64,000 bases of DNA from Eledone cirrhosa (taxonomy: Eukaryota), in assembly GCA_964016885.1 (NCBI GenBank), contig OZ024754.1:12400001-12464000 (forward strand). The letters run 5' to 3'. Both the position numbers and the translations under genes were made by a program. The stretch's first letter is position 1. Each line of letters starts with the position of its first letter. The notes below the pieces were generated by a model, which searched no databases, was not told the origin of the DNA, and saw only the letters and a list, made by a program, of their open reading frames with translations. Shown one piece after another: positions 40,098 to 53,310 of this stretch.

Positions 40098-42458
40098 GGT
40101 GGGCTAGGTGCTTTTTTTCCGTGGTACCTACATGTCCACTTTACAGTGAGTTAGGGGCTTTTTTGCTGTGGCACCTACACATCCACTTTACAGTGTGGGC
40201 TGGGGGCTTTTTTGCCGTGGCACCTACACATCCACTTTACAGTGTGGGCTGGGGGCTTTTTTGCTGTGGCACCTACACATCCACTTTACAGTGTGGGCTG
40301 GGGGCTTTTTTGTTGTGGCACCTACACATCCACTTTACAGTGTGGGCTGGGGGCTTTTTTGCTGTGGCACCTACACGTCCACTTTACAGTGTGGGCTGGG
40401 GGCTTTTTTGCTGTGGCACCTACACGTCCACTTTACAGTGTGGGCTGGGGGCTTTTTTGCTGTGGCACCTACACATCCACTTTACAGTGAGTGCTGGGGA
40501 CTTTTTTGCTGTGGCACCTACACGTCCACTTTACAGTGAGTGCTGGGGGATTTTTTTCCGTGGCACCTACACGTCCACTTTACAGTGTGGGCTGGGGGCT
40601 TTTTTGCTGTGGCACCTACACATCCACTTTACAGTGTGGGCTGGGGGCTTTTTTGTTGTGGCACCTACACGTCCACTTTACAGTGTGGGCTGGGGGCTTT
40701 TTTGTTGTGGCACCTACACGTCCACTTTACAGTGTGGGCTGGGGGCTTTTTTGTTGTGGCACCTACATGTCCACTTTACAGTGTGGGCTGGGGGCTTTTT
40801 TGTTGTGGCACCTACACGTCCCACTTTACAGTGTGGGCTGGGGGCTTTTTTGTTGTGGCACCTACACGTCCCACTTTACAGTGTGGGCTGGGGGCTTTTT
40901 TGCTGTGGCACCTACACGTCCACTTTACAGTGAGTGCTGGGGGATTTTTTTCCGTGGCACCTACACGTCCACTTTACAGTGTGGGCTGGGGGCTTTTTTG
41001 TTGTGGAACCTACATGTCCACTTTACAGTGTGGGCTGGGGGCTTTTTTGCTGTGGCACCTACATGTCCCACTTTACAGTGTGGGCTGGGGGCTTTTTTGT
41101 TGTGGCACCTACACGTCCCACTTTACAGTGTGGGCTGGGGCTTTTTTGCTGTGGCACCTACACGTCCACTTTACAGTGTGGGCTGGGGGCTTTTTTGTTG
41201 TGGCACCTACACGTCCCACTTTACAGTGTGGGCTGGGGGCTTTTTTGCTGTGGCACCTACATGTCCCACTTTACAGTGTGGGCTGGGGGCTTTTTTGTTG
41301 TGGCACCTACACGTCCCACTTTACAGTGTGGGCTGGGGCTTTTTTGCTGTGGCACCTACACGTCCACTTTACAGTGTGGGCTGGGGGCTTTTTTGTTGTG
41401 GCACCTACACGTCCCACTTTACAGTGTGGGCTGGGGCTTTTTTGCTGTGGCACCTACACGTCCACTTTACAGTGTGGGCTGGCGGCTTTTTTGCTGTGGC
41501 ACCTACACATCCACTTTACAGTGTGGGCTGGGGGCTTTTTTTTGTGGCACCTACACGTCCACTTCACAGTGTGGGCTGGGGGCTTTTTTGTTGTGGCACC
41601 TACACGTCCCACTTTACAGTGTGGGCTGGGGCTTTTTTGCTGTGGCACCTACACGTCCACTTTACAGTGTGGGCTGGGGGCTTTTTTGTTGTGGCACCTA
41701 CATGTCCACTTTACAGTGTGGGCTGGGGGCTTTTTTGCTGTGGCACCTACATGTCCCACTTTACAGTGTGGGCTGGGGGCTTTTTTGTTGTGGCACCTAC
41801 ACGTCCCACTTTACAGTGTGGGCTGGGGGCTTTTTTGCTGTGGCACCTACACGTCCCACTTTACAGTGTGGGCTGGGGGCTTTTTTGCTGTGGCACCTAC
41901 ACGTCCCACTTTACAGTGTGGGCTGGGGGCTTTTTTGCTGTGGCACCTACACGTCCCACTTTACAGTGTGGGCTGGGGGCTTTTTTGCTGTGGCACCTAC
42001 ACGTCCCACTTTACAGTGTGGGCTGGGGGCTTTTTTGCTGTGGCACCTACACGTCCACTTTGCAGTGTGGGCTGGGGCTTTTTTGCTGTGGCACCTACAC
42101 GTCCACTTTACAGTGTGAGCTGGGGGCTTTTTTGCTGTGGCACCTACACATCCACTTTACAGTGTGGGCTGGGGGCTTTTTTGTTGTGGCACCTACACGT
42201 CCCACTTTACAGTGTGGGCTGGGGGTTTTTTTGCTGTGGCACCTACACGTCCACTTTACAGTGTGAGCTGGGGGCTTTTTTGTTGTGGCACCTACACGTC
42301 CACTTTACAGTGTGAGCTGGGGGCTTTTTTGCTGTGGCACCTACACGTCCACTTTACAGTGTGAGCTGGGGGCTTTTTTGCTGTGGCACCTACACGTCCA
42401 CTTTACAGTGTGGGCTGGGGGCTTTTTTGCTGTGGCACCTACACGTCCACTTTACAGT
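40098..42458. repeat. 49-50-bp satellite (~47 units) derived from an internal S2 SINE segment
   Basis: Unit gtgggctgggggcttttttgctgtggcacctacacgtccactttacagt; the array runs directly into SINE body at 42459-42519. Confidence 0.95.
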
Positions 42459-42666
42459 GGAATGATAGGGACCCCAGTCCTATCATCTCATTTCTACAGA
42501 TGAGTAAACTGGAGCAATGATGGGATAGTGAACCTCAAGATGTGGTGTCTGTCCTGAATATATATATATATATATACTCTTTTACCTGTTCCAACCATCC
42601 AGCTGAGGCCATGCTGGGGCACCACCAATATATATATATATATATATAAAAAAAATTTTTCTCTAC

Positions 42667-42719
42667 CTGGATGATCAACAGACCTTCTGTGGTATGGATC
42701 AATAGTGTAGATCTGTGTC
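42667..42719 (-). CDS. Putative exon 3: (L)TQIYTIDPYHRRSVDHP
   Basis: Acceptor ggtttccag; donor CAG|gtagag; phase 2 to 1. Confidence 0.4.
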
Positions 42720-42899
42720 CTGGAAACCTAATCCATTGATTTGCACCTACACTTCCTCTCAGTAATATTAACAAAGAAAACTTTTCCCTTGTTTTGTTTG
42801 TTTTGTTAATTTTTGATTTTTTTTTGTTTTTGTTTTCCCCTATTGATTTCATGTTGTTGTGAGTGATATTTGTTGGTGTTACTAATGATTGGTTTAGAA

Positions 42900-43168
42900 G
42901 TAGTAGTGGGGAGGGGGGGTAGTGTGGGGGGGTAGTGGTGGTGGTGGTGGGGGTAGTGGTAGTGGTGGGGGTAGTGGTGGGGGAGAGGGGGGTAGTGGTA
43001 TTGGTAGTCATGGTGGTAGTGGTGGTAGTGGTGGGGGTAGTGGTAGTGGGGGTAGTGGTAGTGGTGGTATTAGGGGTAGTAGTACTATAGTAGTAGTAGC
43101 AGTAGTAGTGTTAGTATCAGCAGTAGTAGTAATAGCATTAGCAGCAGTAATAGTAGTTTTAGTAGTAA

Positions 43169-43207
<39 letters not shown>

Positions 43208-43411
43208 CAGTAGCAGAAGTAGTAGTAGTAGTAATAGTAGTAGCAGACATAGTACAAGCTGCAGTAATAGTAGTAGTAGTAGTTGTAGCAGCAGCAGTAG
43301 TAGTAGTAGCAGTAGTAGTACAAGCTGCAGTAGTAGTAGTAGCAGATGTAGCGGCAGTAGTAGTATTAGACGTAGACATCGTAGCAGTAGTAGTAGTATT
43401 AGTAGTAGACA

Positions 43412-43444
<33 letters not shown>

Positions 43445-43465
43445 ACATAGTAGTAGTAGTAGTTT
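42900..43465. repeat. (GGT)n/(GTA)n trinucleotide tract
   Basis: Direct inspection. Confidence 0.9.
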
Positions 43466-44342
43466 AGTTTTTGTTGTTTGTCAAAATCAATATAAGGGTA
43501 GGTACCTTATCTACTTCCCTGAACAATGTCATTTATTATCTGGAGGAGGAGGAGGTACGACAAGATGACTGTTACTCCTATGTCAGATGATTTCAATTGA
43601 TTTAGAGATCTGGAGATCTGGAGATCTGGAGATAGGATCAAACACCATTTGTATAAAAACAAGATTTTACTTTCTCAGAGTAAACAACAGATTATATGAG
43701 ACAGGAGTTTGAACTGTAATGTTGCTACATGATAGGGACCTTCATTGTAGAAGATTGGTAGTAGCTAAAAGGAAATGAGTCAGACACACTTTGGTGGATG
43801 TGTAATGTTAGTGTGTGTGTGTATGCGTGTGTATGTAAGTAATTTCAGTGCGTGTTTGTGTGTGTATACGTGTTATGTTAGTGTGTGTTTGTGTGTATGT
43901 GTGTTATGTTAGTGTGTGTATATGTGTTTGCGTTTGTATGTGTTTTATGTTAGTGTGTGTTTGTGTGTATGTGTGTTATGTTAGTGTGTGTATATGTGTT
44001 TGCGTGCATTTGTATGTGTTTTATGTTAGTGTGTCTTTGTGTGTATGTGTGTTATGTTAGTGTGTGTATGTGTGTTTGCGTTTGTATGTGTTTTATGTTA
44101 GTGTGTGTTTGTGTGTATGTGTGTTATGTTAGTGTGTGTATATGTGTTTGCGTTTGTATGTGTTTTATGTTAGTGTGTGTGTATGTGTGTTGTGTTTGTG
44201 TGTTATGCTAGTGTGTGTGACTAGAGTTATGTATTGTAACACTAAAAGTAAAAATGGTGGAAGACCAGAGGTTACAATGTTTGGCAACAAAATGGAAACA
44301 AAATAGGACTCTTCAGTTTGGCTGAACATGTGACAACTTCTC

Positions 44343-46378
44343 TAGTGTTGGTGGCACAATAAAATGTATCCAGTACATTACGAAATCTATTAGTGTTGGT
44401 GCCACAATAAAATATATCCAGTACGTTATGAAATGTATTAGTGTTGGTGGCACAATAAAATGTATCCAGTACATTATGAAATGTATTAGTGTTGGTGGCA
44501 CAATAAAATGTATCCAGTACGTTATGAAATGTATTAGTGTTGGTGGCACAATAAAATGTATCCAGTACGTTATGAAATGTATTAGTGTTTGTGCCACAAT
44601 AAAATATATCCAGTACGTTATGAAATGTATTAGTGTTGGTGGCACAATAAAATGTATCCAGTACATTATGAAATGTATTAGTGTTGGTGGCACAATAAAA
44701 TGTATCCAGTACGTTATGAAATGTATTAGTGTTGGTGGCACAATAAAATGTATCCAGTACGTTATGAAATGTATTAGTGTTGGTGGCACAATAAAATGTA
44801 TCCAGTACGTTATGAAATGTATTAGTATTGGTGCCACAATAAAATGTATCCAGTACATTATGAAATGTATTAGTGTTGGTGGCACAATAAAATGTATCCA
44901 GTACATTATGAAATGTATTAGTGTTGGTGGCACAATAAAATGTATCCAGTACATTATGAAATGTATTAGTGTTTGTGCCACAATAAAATGTATCCAGTAC
45001 ATTACGAAATCTATTAGTGTTGGTGGCACAATAAAATGTATCCAGTACGTTATGAAATGTATTAGTGTTGGTGCCACAATAAAATGTATCCAGTACATTA
45101 CGAAATCTATTAGTGTTGGTGGCACAATAAAATGTATCCAGTACGTTATGAAATGTATTAGTGTTGGTGGCACAATAAAATATATCCAGTACATTATGAA
45201 ATCTATTAGTGTTGGTGGCACAATAAAATGTATCCAGTACATTATGAAATGTATTAGTGTTGGTGCCACAATAAAATGTATCCAGTACATTATGAAATGT
45301 ATTAGTGTTGGTGGCACAATAAAATGTATCCAGTACATTATGAAATGTATTAGTGTTGGTGCCACAATAAAATATATCCAGTACATTATGAAATCTATTA
45401 GTGTTGGTGGCACAATAAAATGTATCCAGTACATTATGAAATCTATTAGTGTTGGTGGCACAATAAAATGTATCCAGTACATTATGAAATGTATTAGTGT
45501 TTGTGCCACAATAAAATGTATCCAGTACATTACGAAATCTATTAGTGTTGGTGCCACAATAAAATGTATCCAGTACGTTATGAAATGTATTAGTGTTGGT
45601 GCCACAATAAAATGTATCCAGTACATTATGAAATCTATTAGTGTTGGTGGCACAATAAAATGTATCCAGTACATTATGAAATCTATTAGTGTTGGTGGCA
45701 CAATAAAATGTATCCAGTACATTATGAAATGTATTAGTGTTGGTGCCACAATAAAATGTATCCAGTACATTATGAAATGTATTAGTGTTGGTGCCACAAT
45801 AAAATGTATCCAGTACATTATGAAATGTATTAGTGTTGGTGCCACAATAAAATGTATCCAGTACATTATGAAATGTATTAGTGTTGGTGCCACAATAAAA
45901 TGTATCCAGTACATTATGAAATGTATTAGTGTTGGTGGCACAATAAAATGTATCCAGTACGTTATGAAATGTATTAGTGTTTGTGCCACAATAAAATGTA
46001 TCCAGTACATTATGAAATGTATTAGTGTTTGTGCCACAATAAAATGTATCCAGTACATTATGAAATGTATTAGTGTTTGTGCCACAATAAAATGTATCCA
46101 GTACATTACGAAATCTATTAGTGTTGGTGGCACAATAAAATGTATCCAGTACATTATGAAATGTATTAGTGTTGGTGGCACAATAAAATGTATCCAGTAC
46201 ATTATGAAATGTATTAGTGTTGGTGCCACAATAAAATGTATCCAGTACATTATGAAATCTATTAGTGTTGGTGGCACAATAAAATGTATCCAGTACGTTA
46301 TGAAATGTATTAGTGTTGGTGCCACAATAAAATGTATCCAGTACATTATGAAATCTATTAGTGTTGGTGCCACAATAA
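44343..46378. repeat. 48-bp satellite (~42 units) derived from a SINE segment
   Basis: Unit attagtgttggtggcacaataaaatgtatccagtacattatgaaatgt; continues into SINE remnant 46380-46602 (ggtgccacaaaaaatgcacccagtacactctgtaagg...ggacattaaatgatgat). Confidence 0.95.
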
Positions 46379-47025
46379 GATGGGTACAGTCTACTCAGTA
46401 AATTGGTAGTGCTGGTGCCACAAAAAATGCACCCAGTACACTCTGTAAGGTGGTTAGCATTTGGAAAGGCATCTAGTCATAGAAGCCATACCAAACATGA
46501 AATGTAACAAGCAAGATAATGTCAGTCTGACCCATCTAGTTTTGGATATTGATAACCTGTCAAACCCATGCCAGCATGGTAAGTGGACATTAAATGATGA
46601 TGACAAAGAAAATATTTATTTCCCAATAATAGCTAAGTTTAATTGTTTATCAAAGTAAAATGAAATACTATCTCTATCTCAGTGGAGTCGAGCTATTATT
46701 GAAAGTAAGCTGAGATGAAATACAATTTCTTCAATGATTAATACAGAATAATTAATTTCTATATATTGACTAAGGCAGTGAATTGGTCAAGTCATTAAGA
46801 CGTTCAATAAAATGCTTTGTGGTAATTGTTCTGATTCGCTGCACTCTGGGTTCAAATTCTGTTGAGGTCAACTTGGCCTGGGGGAGGGGAATGGAGGGGA
46901 ATGTCAATTAAATCAACCCCTGTAAGGATGAAAGGAGTTCATGATTAAATAATAGAAAGCAAAAATTTATTTTTTTGTCAGAGTTTAAGATATTCACTGA
47001 GCTGGGATTTCCTTTGAATTTTGTG

Positions 47026-47339
47026 TAAAGACCCCCTTTGGTCATGAATGACCACGGGATTTGCCCCTAGAAAGTTCCCCTCTGAGGCATAAGTCTGGGC
47101 AAGGTTGTTTGTGGAAGACCAGCAGTCACCCATGCACACCAGTCTCTCCTCTACACACCAATGGCTGATACAGCTTGGCACCAGTGAGGTCGCAACTCAT
47201 TTCTACAGCTGAGTGAACTGGAACAATGTGAAATAAAGTGTCTTGCTCAAGAACACAACGCAAAGCCCAGTCTGAGTACCAAACTAATAGCCTCATGATT
47301 GTAAACCTGATGTGCTAACCACTAAGCCATCTACCTTCA
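47026..47339 (-). mobile_element. tRNA-derived SINE (S2-related head, different tail)
   Basis: ctcatttctacagctgagtgaactgg...aagtgtcttgctcaag...aaccactaagccat. Confidence 0.75.
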
Positions 47340-47964
47340 CTTTGAAAACGTCAACATTAACAGACATGTTGTTAGATCAAATCTGACCAATGTTTGGCAT
47401 TTCCCCCATTTTCTGTGAAAGGATGTCAAACAAAAATAGAACAGGTACAAAAATGGAGTTGATTCAACTAACTAAACTCCTCTCTTATAAAATAACAGCA
47501 TTTGCACCTCTGAATTCAATATAAAATAGATTGATATTCTATAACAAGAACTTTTCATTTTTGCCACTCTTTTTTTTTGTTCTTTTTTATTTTGTGAACA
47601 TGTCCATACTATTGTTCTTTGGAAAGAATATTTTTGACGAGCATTCATTTTGTTGCACCGCAAACATGAAATTATGTTCTGTAAGATAAAAATGACTAAG
47701 AGTTGAATTTATCACAATAATAATATATGGTGATGCACATTTAGTGCATTTATTTATAGATTGTAAATGTTATTGTCTAAAACCAATAATTGCTGCACTT
47801 TATTTTAGTATTAACACACCATTTCACTTTGTTACAAAATTGCAGCTGGTGCAATTTCTCTTTGGAACATTGATTTAATAATTTTCTTTCCCCCTTTCTC
47901 TCTTTGTTCTATATGTTCAGAAGCACTGTTCTAGGGGAATGTAACTAAATGCAATGAAGCATAC

Positions 47965-48003
47965 AATGTTTCCCACAATTTACCATCCATTGTTGAAAAA
48001 AAT
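47965..48003 (-). CDS. Putative exon 2: (I)FFSTMDGKLWET(L)
   Basis: Acceptor aaatag; donor gtatgc; phase 2 to 2. Confidence 0.35.
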
Positions 48004-48639
48004 CTATTTTGCTGGTTAGTCACAAGATGAAGGGCAGCAGTACAACAGACCCCATTCTGAACCTCTGAGATTAGTGTTAGGAAGTGCAGAACCTATTACC
48101 CTTTTCAGCACCTTTGAAATTAATGTAAAGAGGGGCAGAACCCATTGAACCATTTTAGGGCTTCTAAGACTGGTAAGATGACAATCAACATACATCATTG
48201 TTCTCAGGGGCTCTGAGAATATGTGATGAAGGGAAGGGATATTGAAACATTTCAGAGCTTCAGTGGTTAGGGTGATGAAGGGCAGTACCCATTAACTATT
48301 TCTTGTTTTCTGAGATGGGTGTGGAGAAGGACAGGACTATAGATACCTGTCAGGGCCTCAGAGACTTGTGTGAAGAAGGGAAGCATTGATAACCCTTTTC
48401 ATGGCTTCCGAGACTGATAGAGGGGTTTTATCCTCAAACTGGAGACATGGCCTGAATTTGTGCAGCTGAGGAAACTCTACTAAATTCATTAAAGAAGAAG
48501 GTGGTGGTGTTATACTGGGTGACAGAGGAAGTGTACCAGCTGAAAACAGTTACCCCCCCCCCCCAAATGACCTTCCACTCCATTTACTAAATTTCACTCA
48601 CAAGAATTTAATTAACCCTATAGCTGCTGTAGCATGGTC

Positions 48640-51170
48640 ATGAGGTTGCATTTGTTTTTATTCTTCTTAGTATTCGGGTATAGCAACCATCTATAGCTTT
48701 GGTGATAAGTATTGTCACCAACCATGATTCACAGGAATACAGTAACATTGATATCATTGTAGCTTTGAATAATCTAACTTTTGTTTTTGTGGATATGTGA
48801 GATTTCCACACCTTATCTAGTGAGTTCACAGCAGACCTTGTTTGGTAAAAATAAAATTCTCTACAGCAGCCTCTCACCCATTAGCCATACCATCCTCCTA
48901 CCCATTAGCCATACCATCCTCCTACCCATTAGCCATACCATCCTTCTACCCATTAACCATACCATCCTCTCACCCATTAGTCATACCATCCTCTCACCCA
49001 TTAACCATACCATCCTCCCACCTATAAACCATACCATCCTCCTACACATTAGCCATACCATCCTCCTACCCATTAGCCATACCATCCTCTCACCCATTAG
49101 CCATACCATCCTCCTACCCATTAGCCATACCATCCTCTCACCCATTAGCCATACAATTCTCTCACCCATTAGCCATACCATCCTCTCACCCATTAGCCAT
49201 ACCATCCTCCTACCCATTAGCCATACAATTCTCTCACCCATTAGCCATACCATCCTCTCACCCATTAGCCATACAATTCTCTCACCCATTAGCCATACCA
49301 TCCTCCTACCCATTAGCCATACAATTCTCTCACCCATTAGCCATACCATCCTCTCACCCATTAGCCATACCATCCTCCTACACATTAGCCATACCATCCC
49401 CTCACCCATTAGCCATACCATCCTCTCATCCTCTCACCCATTAGCCATACCATCCTTTCACCCATTAGCCATACCATTCTCTCATCCTCTCACCCATTAG
49501 CCATACCATCCTTTCACCCATTAGCCATACCATCCTCTCATCTGCTCATACATTAGCCATACCACCCTTTCAGCCATTAGCCATACCATCCTCTCATCCT
49601 CTCACCCATTAGCCATACCATCCTTTCACCCATTAGCCATACCATCCTCTCATCCTCTCACCCATTAGCCATACCATCCTTTCACCCATTAGCCACACCA
49701 TCCTCTCATCCTCTCACCCATTAGCCATACCATCCTTTCACCCATTAGCCATACCATCCTCTCATCCTCTCACCCATTAGCCATACCATCCTCCCACCTA
49801 TTAACCATACCATCCTCCTACCCATTAGCCATACCATCCTCTCACCCATTAGCCATACCATCCTCTCATCCTCTCACCCATTAGCCATACCATCCTCTCA
49901 CCCATTAGCCATACCATCCTCTCACCGATTAGCCATACCATCCTCTCATCCTCTCACCCATTAGCCATACCATCCTTTCACCCATTAGTCATACCATCCT
50001 CTCACCCATTAGCCATACCATCCTTTCACCCATTAACCATACCATCCTCTCATCCTCTCACCCATTAGCCATACCATCCTTTCACCCATTAGCCATACCA
50101 TCCTCTCATCCTCTCACCCATTAGCCATACCATCCTCCCACCTATTAACCATACCATCCTCCTACCCATTAGCCATACCATCCTCTCACCCATTAGCCAT
50201 ACCATCCTCTCATCCTCTCACCCATTAGCCATACCATCCTCTCACCCATTAGCCATACCATCCTCTCACCGATTAGCCATACCATCCTCTCATCCTCTCA
50301 CCCATTAGCCATACCATCCTTTCACCCATTAGTCATACCATCCTCTCACCCATTAGCCATACCATCCTTTCACCCATTAACCATACCATCCTCTCATCCT
50401 CTCACCCATTAGCCATACCATCCTTTCACCCATTAACCATACCATCCTCTCATCCTCTCACCCATTAGCCATACCATCCTTTCACCCATTAGCCATACCA
50501 TTCTCTCATCCTCTCACCCATTAGCCATACCATCCTTTCACCCATTAGCCATACCATCCTCTCATCTGCTCATACATTAGCCATACCACCCTTTCAGCCA
50601 TTAGCCATACCATCCTCTCATCCTCTCACCCATTAGCCATACCATCCTTTCACCCATTAGCCATACCATCCTCTCATCCTCTCACCCATTAGCCATACCA
50701 TCCTTTCACCCATTAGCCACACCATCCTCTCATCCTCTCACCCATTAGCCATACCATCCTTTCGCCCATTAGCCATACCATCCTCTCATCCTCTCACCCA
50801 TTAGCCATACCATCCTCCCACCTATTAACCATACCATCCTCTCATCCTCTCACCCATTAGCCATACCATCCACTCACCCATTAGCCATACCATCCTCCTA
50901 CCCATTAGCCATACCATCCTCTCACCCATTAGCCATACCATCCATATCACACGTCTTCAACTTGCAGGTCATCTCATGAGAGGTAGCAAACCTGCTACAA
51001 AACTTTTACTATGGGAGCCCACCAATGAGAAACCTAAACATGAAAGACTTCTCAAGACATTGAAAAGAGTCATTAAGAAAGATACAGAATTATTCAGTGA
51101 AGATCTGAAGCAGTTAATGTCGGATCATATGAGATAGAAAAGGTTTTATCATGTCATTACAAAGAAGTGA
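48640..51170. mobile_element. 5'-inverted RTE LINE fragment containing a satellite expansion
   Basis: Minus strand 48645-48843 encodes KVWKSHISTKTKVRLFKAT..LLYSCESW..DGCYTRILRR; plus strand encodes NKILYSSLSPISHTI..TRLQLAGHLMR..KLLLWEP. Confidence 0.75.
48871..50943. repeat. 24/32-bp minisatellite (ctctcacccattagccataccatc)
   Basis: Direct tandem periodicity. Confidence 0.95.
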
Positions 51171-51393
51171 ATTTAGTAGTACTAGTAGTACTAGTAGTAC
51201 TGTATAGCTGCAGTAGAGCAGTGCTCTCCAACCTTTTTTATACCACCGACCGGCTTCATGCCGAACAATCTTTCTGCAGACCGATTGGTGCATATAAGTG
51301 TTATTTATGAGTATTTCGATAAAGAGAGCAAAAATAGGAAGAGCAATTTATTAAATGGAAGAAGAAGTTTATTGAGTTTATGAATATTGAATA

Positions 51394-51549
51394 CCATATT
51401 GCCTGGTACAGAAGACACTTCGTCCTTCTGGACGCACCCTAATTTTGACAACCAAAAATTTTAAACAACCTCCGGCCTCCAGGACGCATGGTAGATTTTT
51501 GAGACTTATTTCAGGAAAAAAATAGCGTCTTCAATGCTGGGAAATACAG
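51394..51549. mobile_element. Tc1/pogo(Tigger)-type MITE
   Basis: TA|CCATATTGCCTGG..GAAGACAC / GCGTCTTC..CTGGGAAATACAG|TA. Confidence 0.55.
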
Positions 51550-51617
51550 TATTTAAACAAATCTTTTTAAAGTAAGGTCCAATATTCAATTTATATAATT
51601 TTATTATATAATTTTAA

Positions 51618-52042
51618 CCCTTTAGCATTTAAACCTGCCATATCCGATCAGAATTCTCTTACCTCTTTCTGTACAAACCAGCTGTAACTGGCCACTCATA
51701 CTGATGTTAAGGTATTGTTTTCAAAATAAATAATATCCAAATTGCATAGATTCGATATTCTGTGAGATAATTATGAGATAAAGCCTTTACCGTAAAAATA
51801 CAATAGTATATATAGAATAATTGTTTCTACTTTAGGCACAAGGCCAGCAATTACCCAGTGCATAACTGGTACTTTTATTTTATCGACCCCGTAAGGATGA
51901 AAGGCAAAGTCAACTTCGGCGGGATTTGAACTCAGATCGTAAAGGGACGTAACTATGCTGGAAAGCATGGCGTCCGACCCTCTACCGATACTGCCAATCC
52001 ACTGCCCTATAGTATATATAGAATAATGTAAATGCTAAAGGG
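51618..52042. mobile_element. piggyBac-type MITE with an S1 SINE (51822-52008, - strand) inside
   Basis: TTAA TSDs; TIR CCCTTTAGCATTTA; SINE flanked by the 19-bp TSD atagtatatatagaataat. Confidence 0.85.
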
Positions 52043-52398
52043 TTAATTAAACAAGTTAATTATTTCTTTGCAGCTGGGTAGCAAATGATCCACAGACTGG
52101 AACCAGTCCATGGCCCGATGGTTAAGGACCTCTGCAGTAAAGAATATTTACTCAAGGTAGCGTACAATAGAAATTGAACCTAAAACCATGCAGTAACAAC
52201 GAGAACTGTTAAACTACTCAGCCATGTTTGTCAATATTGTATTACTACATTTTACATGCTTAAATAAAATCGCTGATCATGCATCTGCCGAGAACTGTAT
52301 TTATAATCTTACAAAATAAAAATTGTCTGGAGGGAAACTTGTAGCTTGTGTAGCTGGTTTTTAAAGAAATGTCTTCTCGTAAAGCTATTCTGTCTTAC

Positions 52399-52490
52399 AT
52401 AATAAAACAAGCTGAACATATTGTACTGAATAGTAGGAGATCAGCTTGTAAATTCATCTCATAAGAAGCAATTATAGAAAAGGTTATTAT
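52399..52490 (-). CDS. Putative exon 1 of the chain: [30 protein letters not shown] (TM-like)
   Basis: Acceptor atattcag; donor gtaaga; phase 0 to 2. Confidence 0.5.
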
Positions 52491-52514
52491 CTGAATATAT
52501 ATATATATATATAT

Positions 52515-52552
<38 letters not shown>

Positions 52553-52720
52553 ATATACATGTATATATATATATATACATGTATGTATATATACATATAT
52601 ATATATATATAAATATATATATCTATACAGATGAATATATACACATATATATAAATGTATATATATATATATACACATGAATATATACATATATATATAA
52701 TATATATATATATAATATAT

Positions 52721-52756
<36 letters not shown>

Positions 52757-52911
52757 CATGAATATATACATGTGTATAAATAAATATATATATATATATA
52801 AATAAATAAATATATATATATATGTTTATATATACACATGAATATATACATACATATATAAATATATATATATATATGTTTATATATATATATATACACA
52901 TGAATATATAC

Positions 52912-52983
<72 letters not shown>

Positions 52984-53310
52984 GAATACATACACACACA
53001 CACATATATATATATAGTTTTTTGCATGTGTAACAGCAGTAGTTACAGATAAAATCATTCAAGATCACAATAGTATAGAAAAAAATATAGATATAAAACA
53101 GTTGCAAAAACAAAACTAAAACAACTATCATAAAACAATAAACATAAATAAACCCCACCAAAAAAAATATAAATTTCCTTTTAAAATCCACCTAAAAATT
53201 GTTCACATGAGTGTAACCCATGGCAACTAAGAACTAACATCTAAAATCGTTGTTAATTTTAGGTCATCAGAATCAAATATTGTCATCTCAGCCATCATCA
53301 CCATCACCAA

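Larger units (their letters stand above)
51219..52134. mobile_element. hAT-type MITE hosting nested insertions
   Basis: Termini CAGTGCTCTCCAACC / GGTTAAGGACCTCTG; 8-bp TSD cagtagag/cagtaaag. Confidence 0.65.

Noticed and set aside
40121-46401. 591-686-aa repetitive ORFs; CRISPR-like appearance
   Set aside because: SINE-derived tandem satellites with no unique spacers and no cas genes, in a eukaryotic context
52880-53191. Hydrophobic ORF
   Set aside because: Explained by T-rich composition and microsatellite; no phase-compatible splice sites
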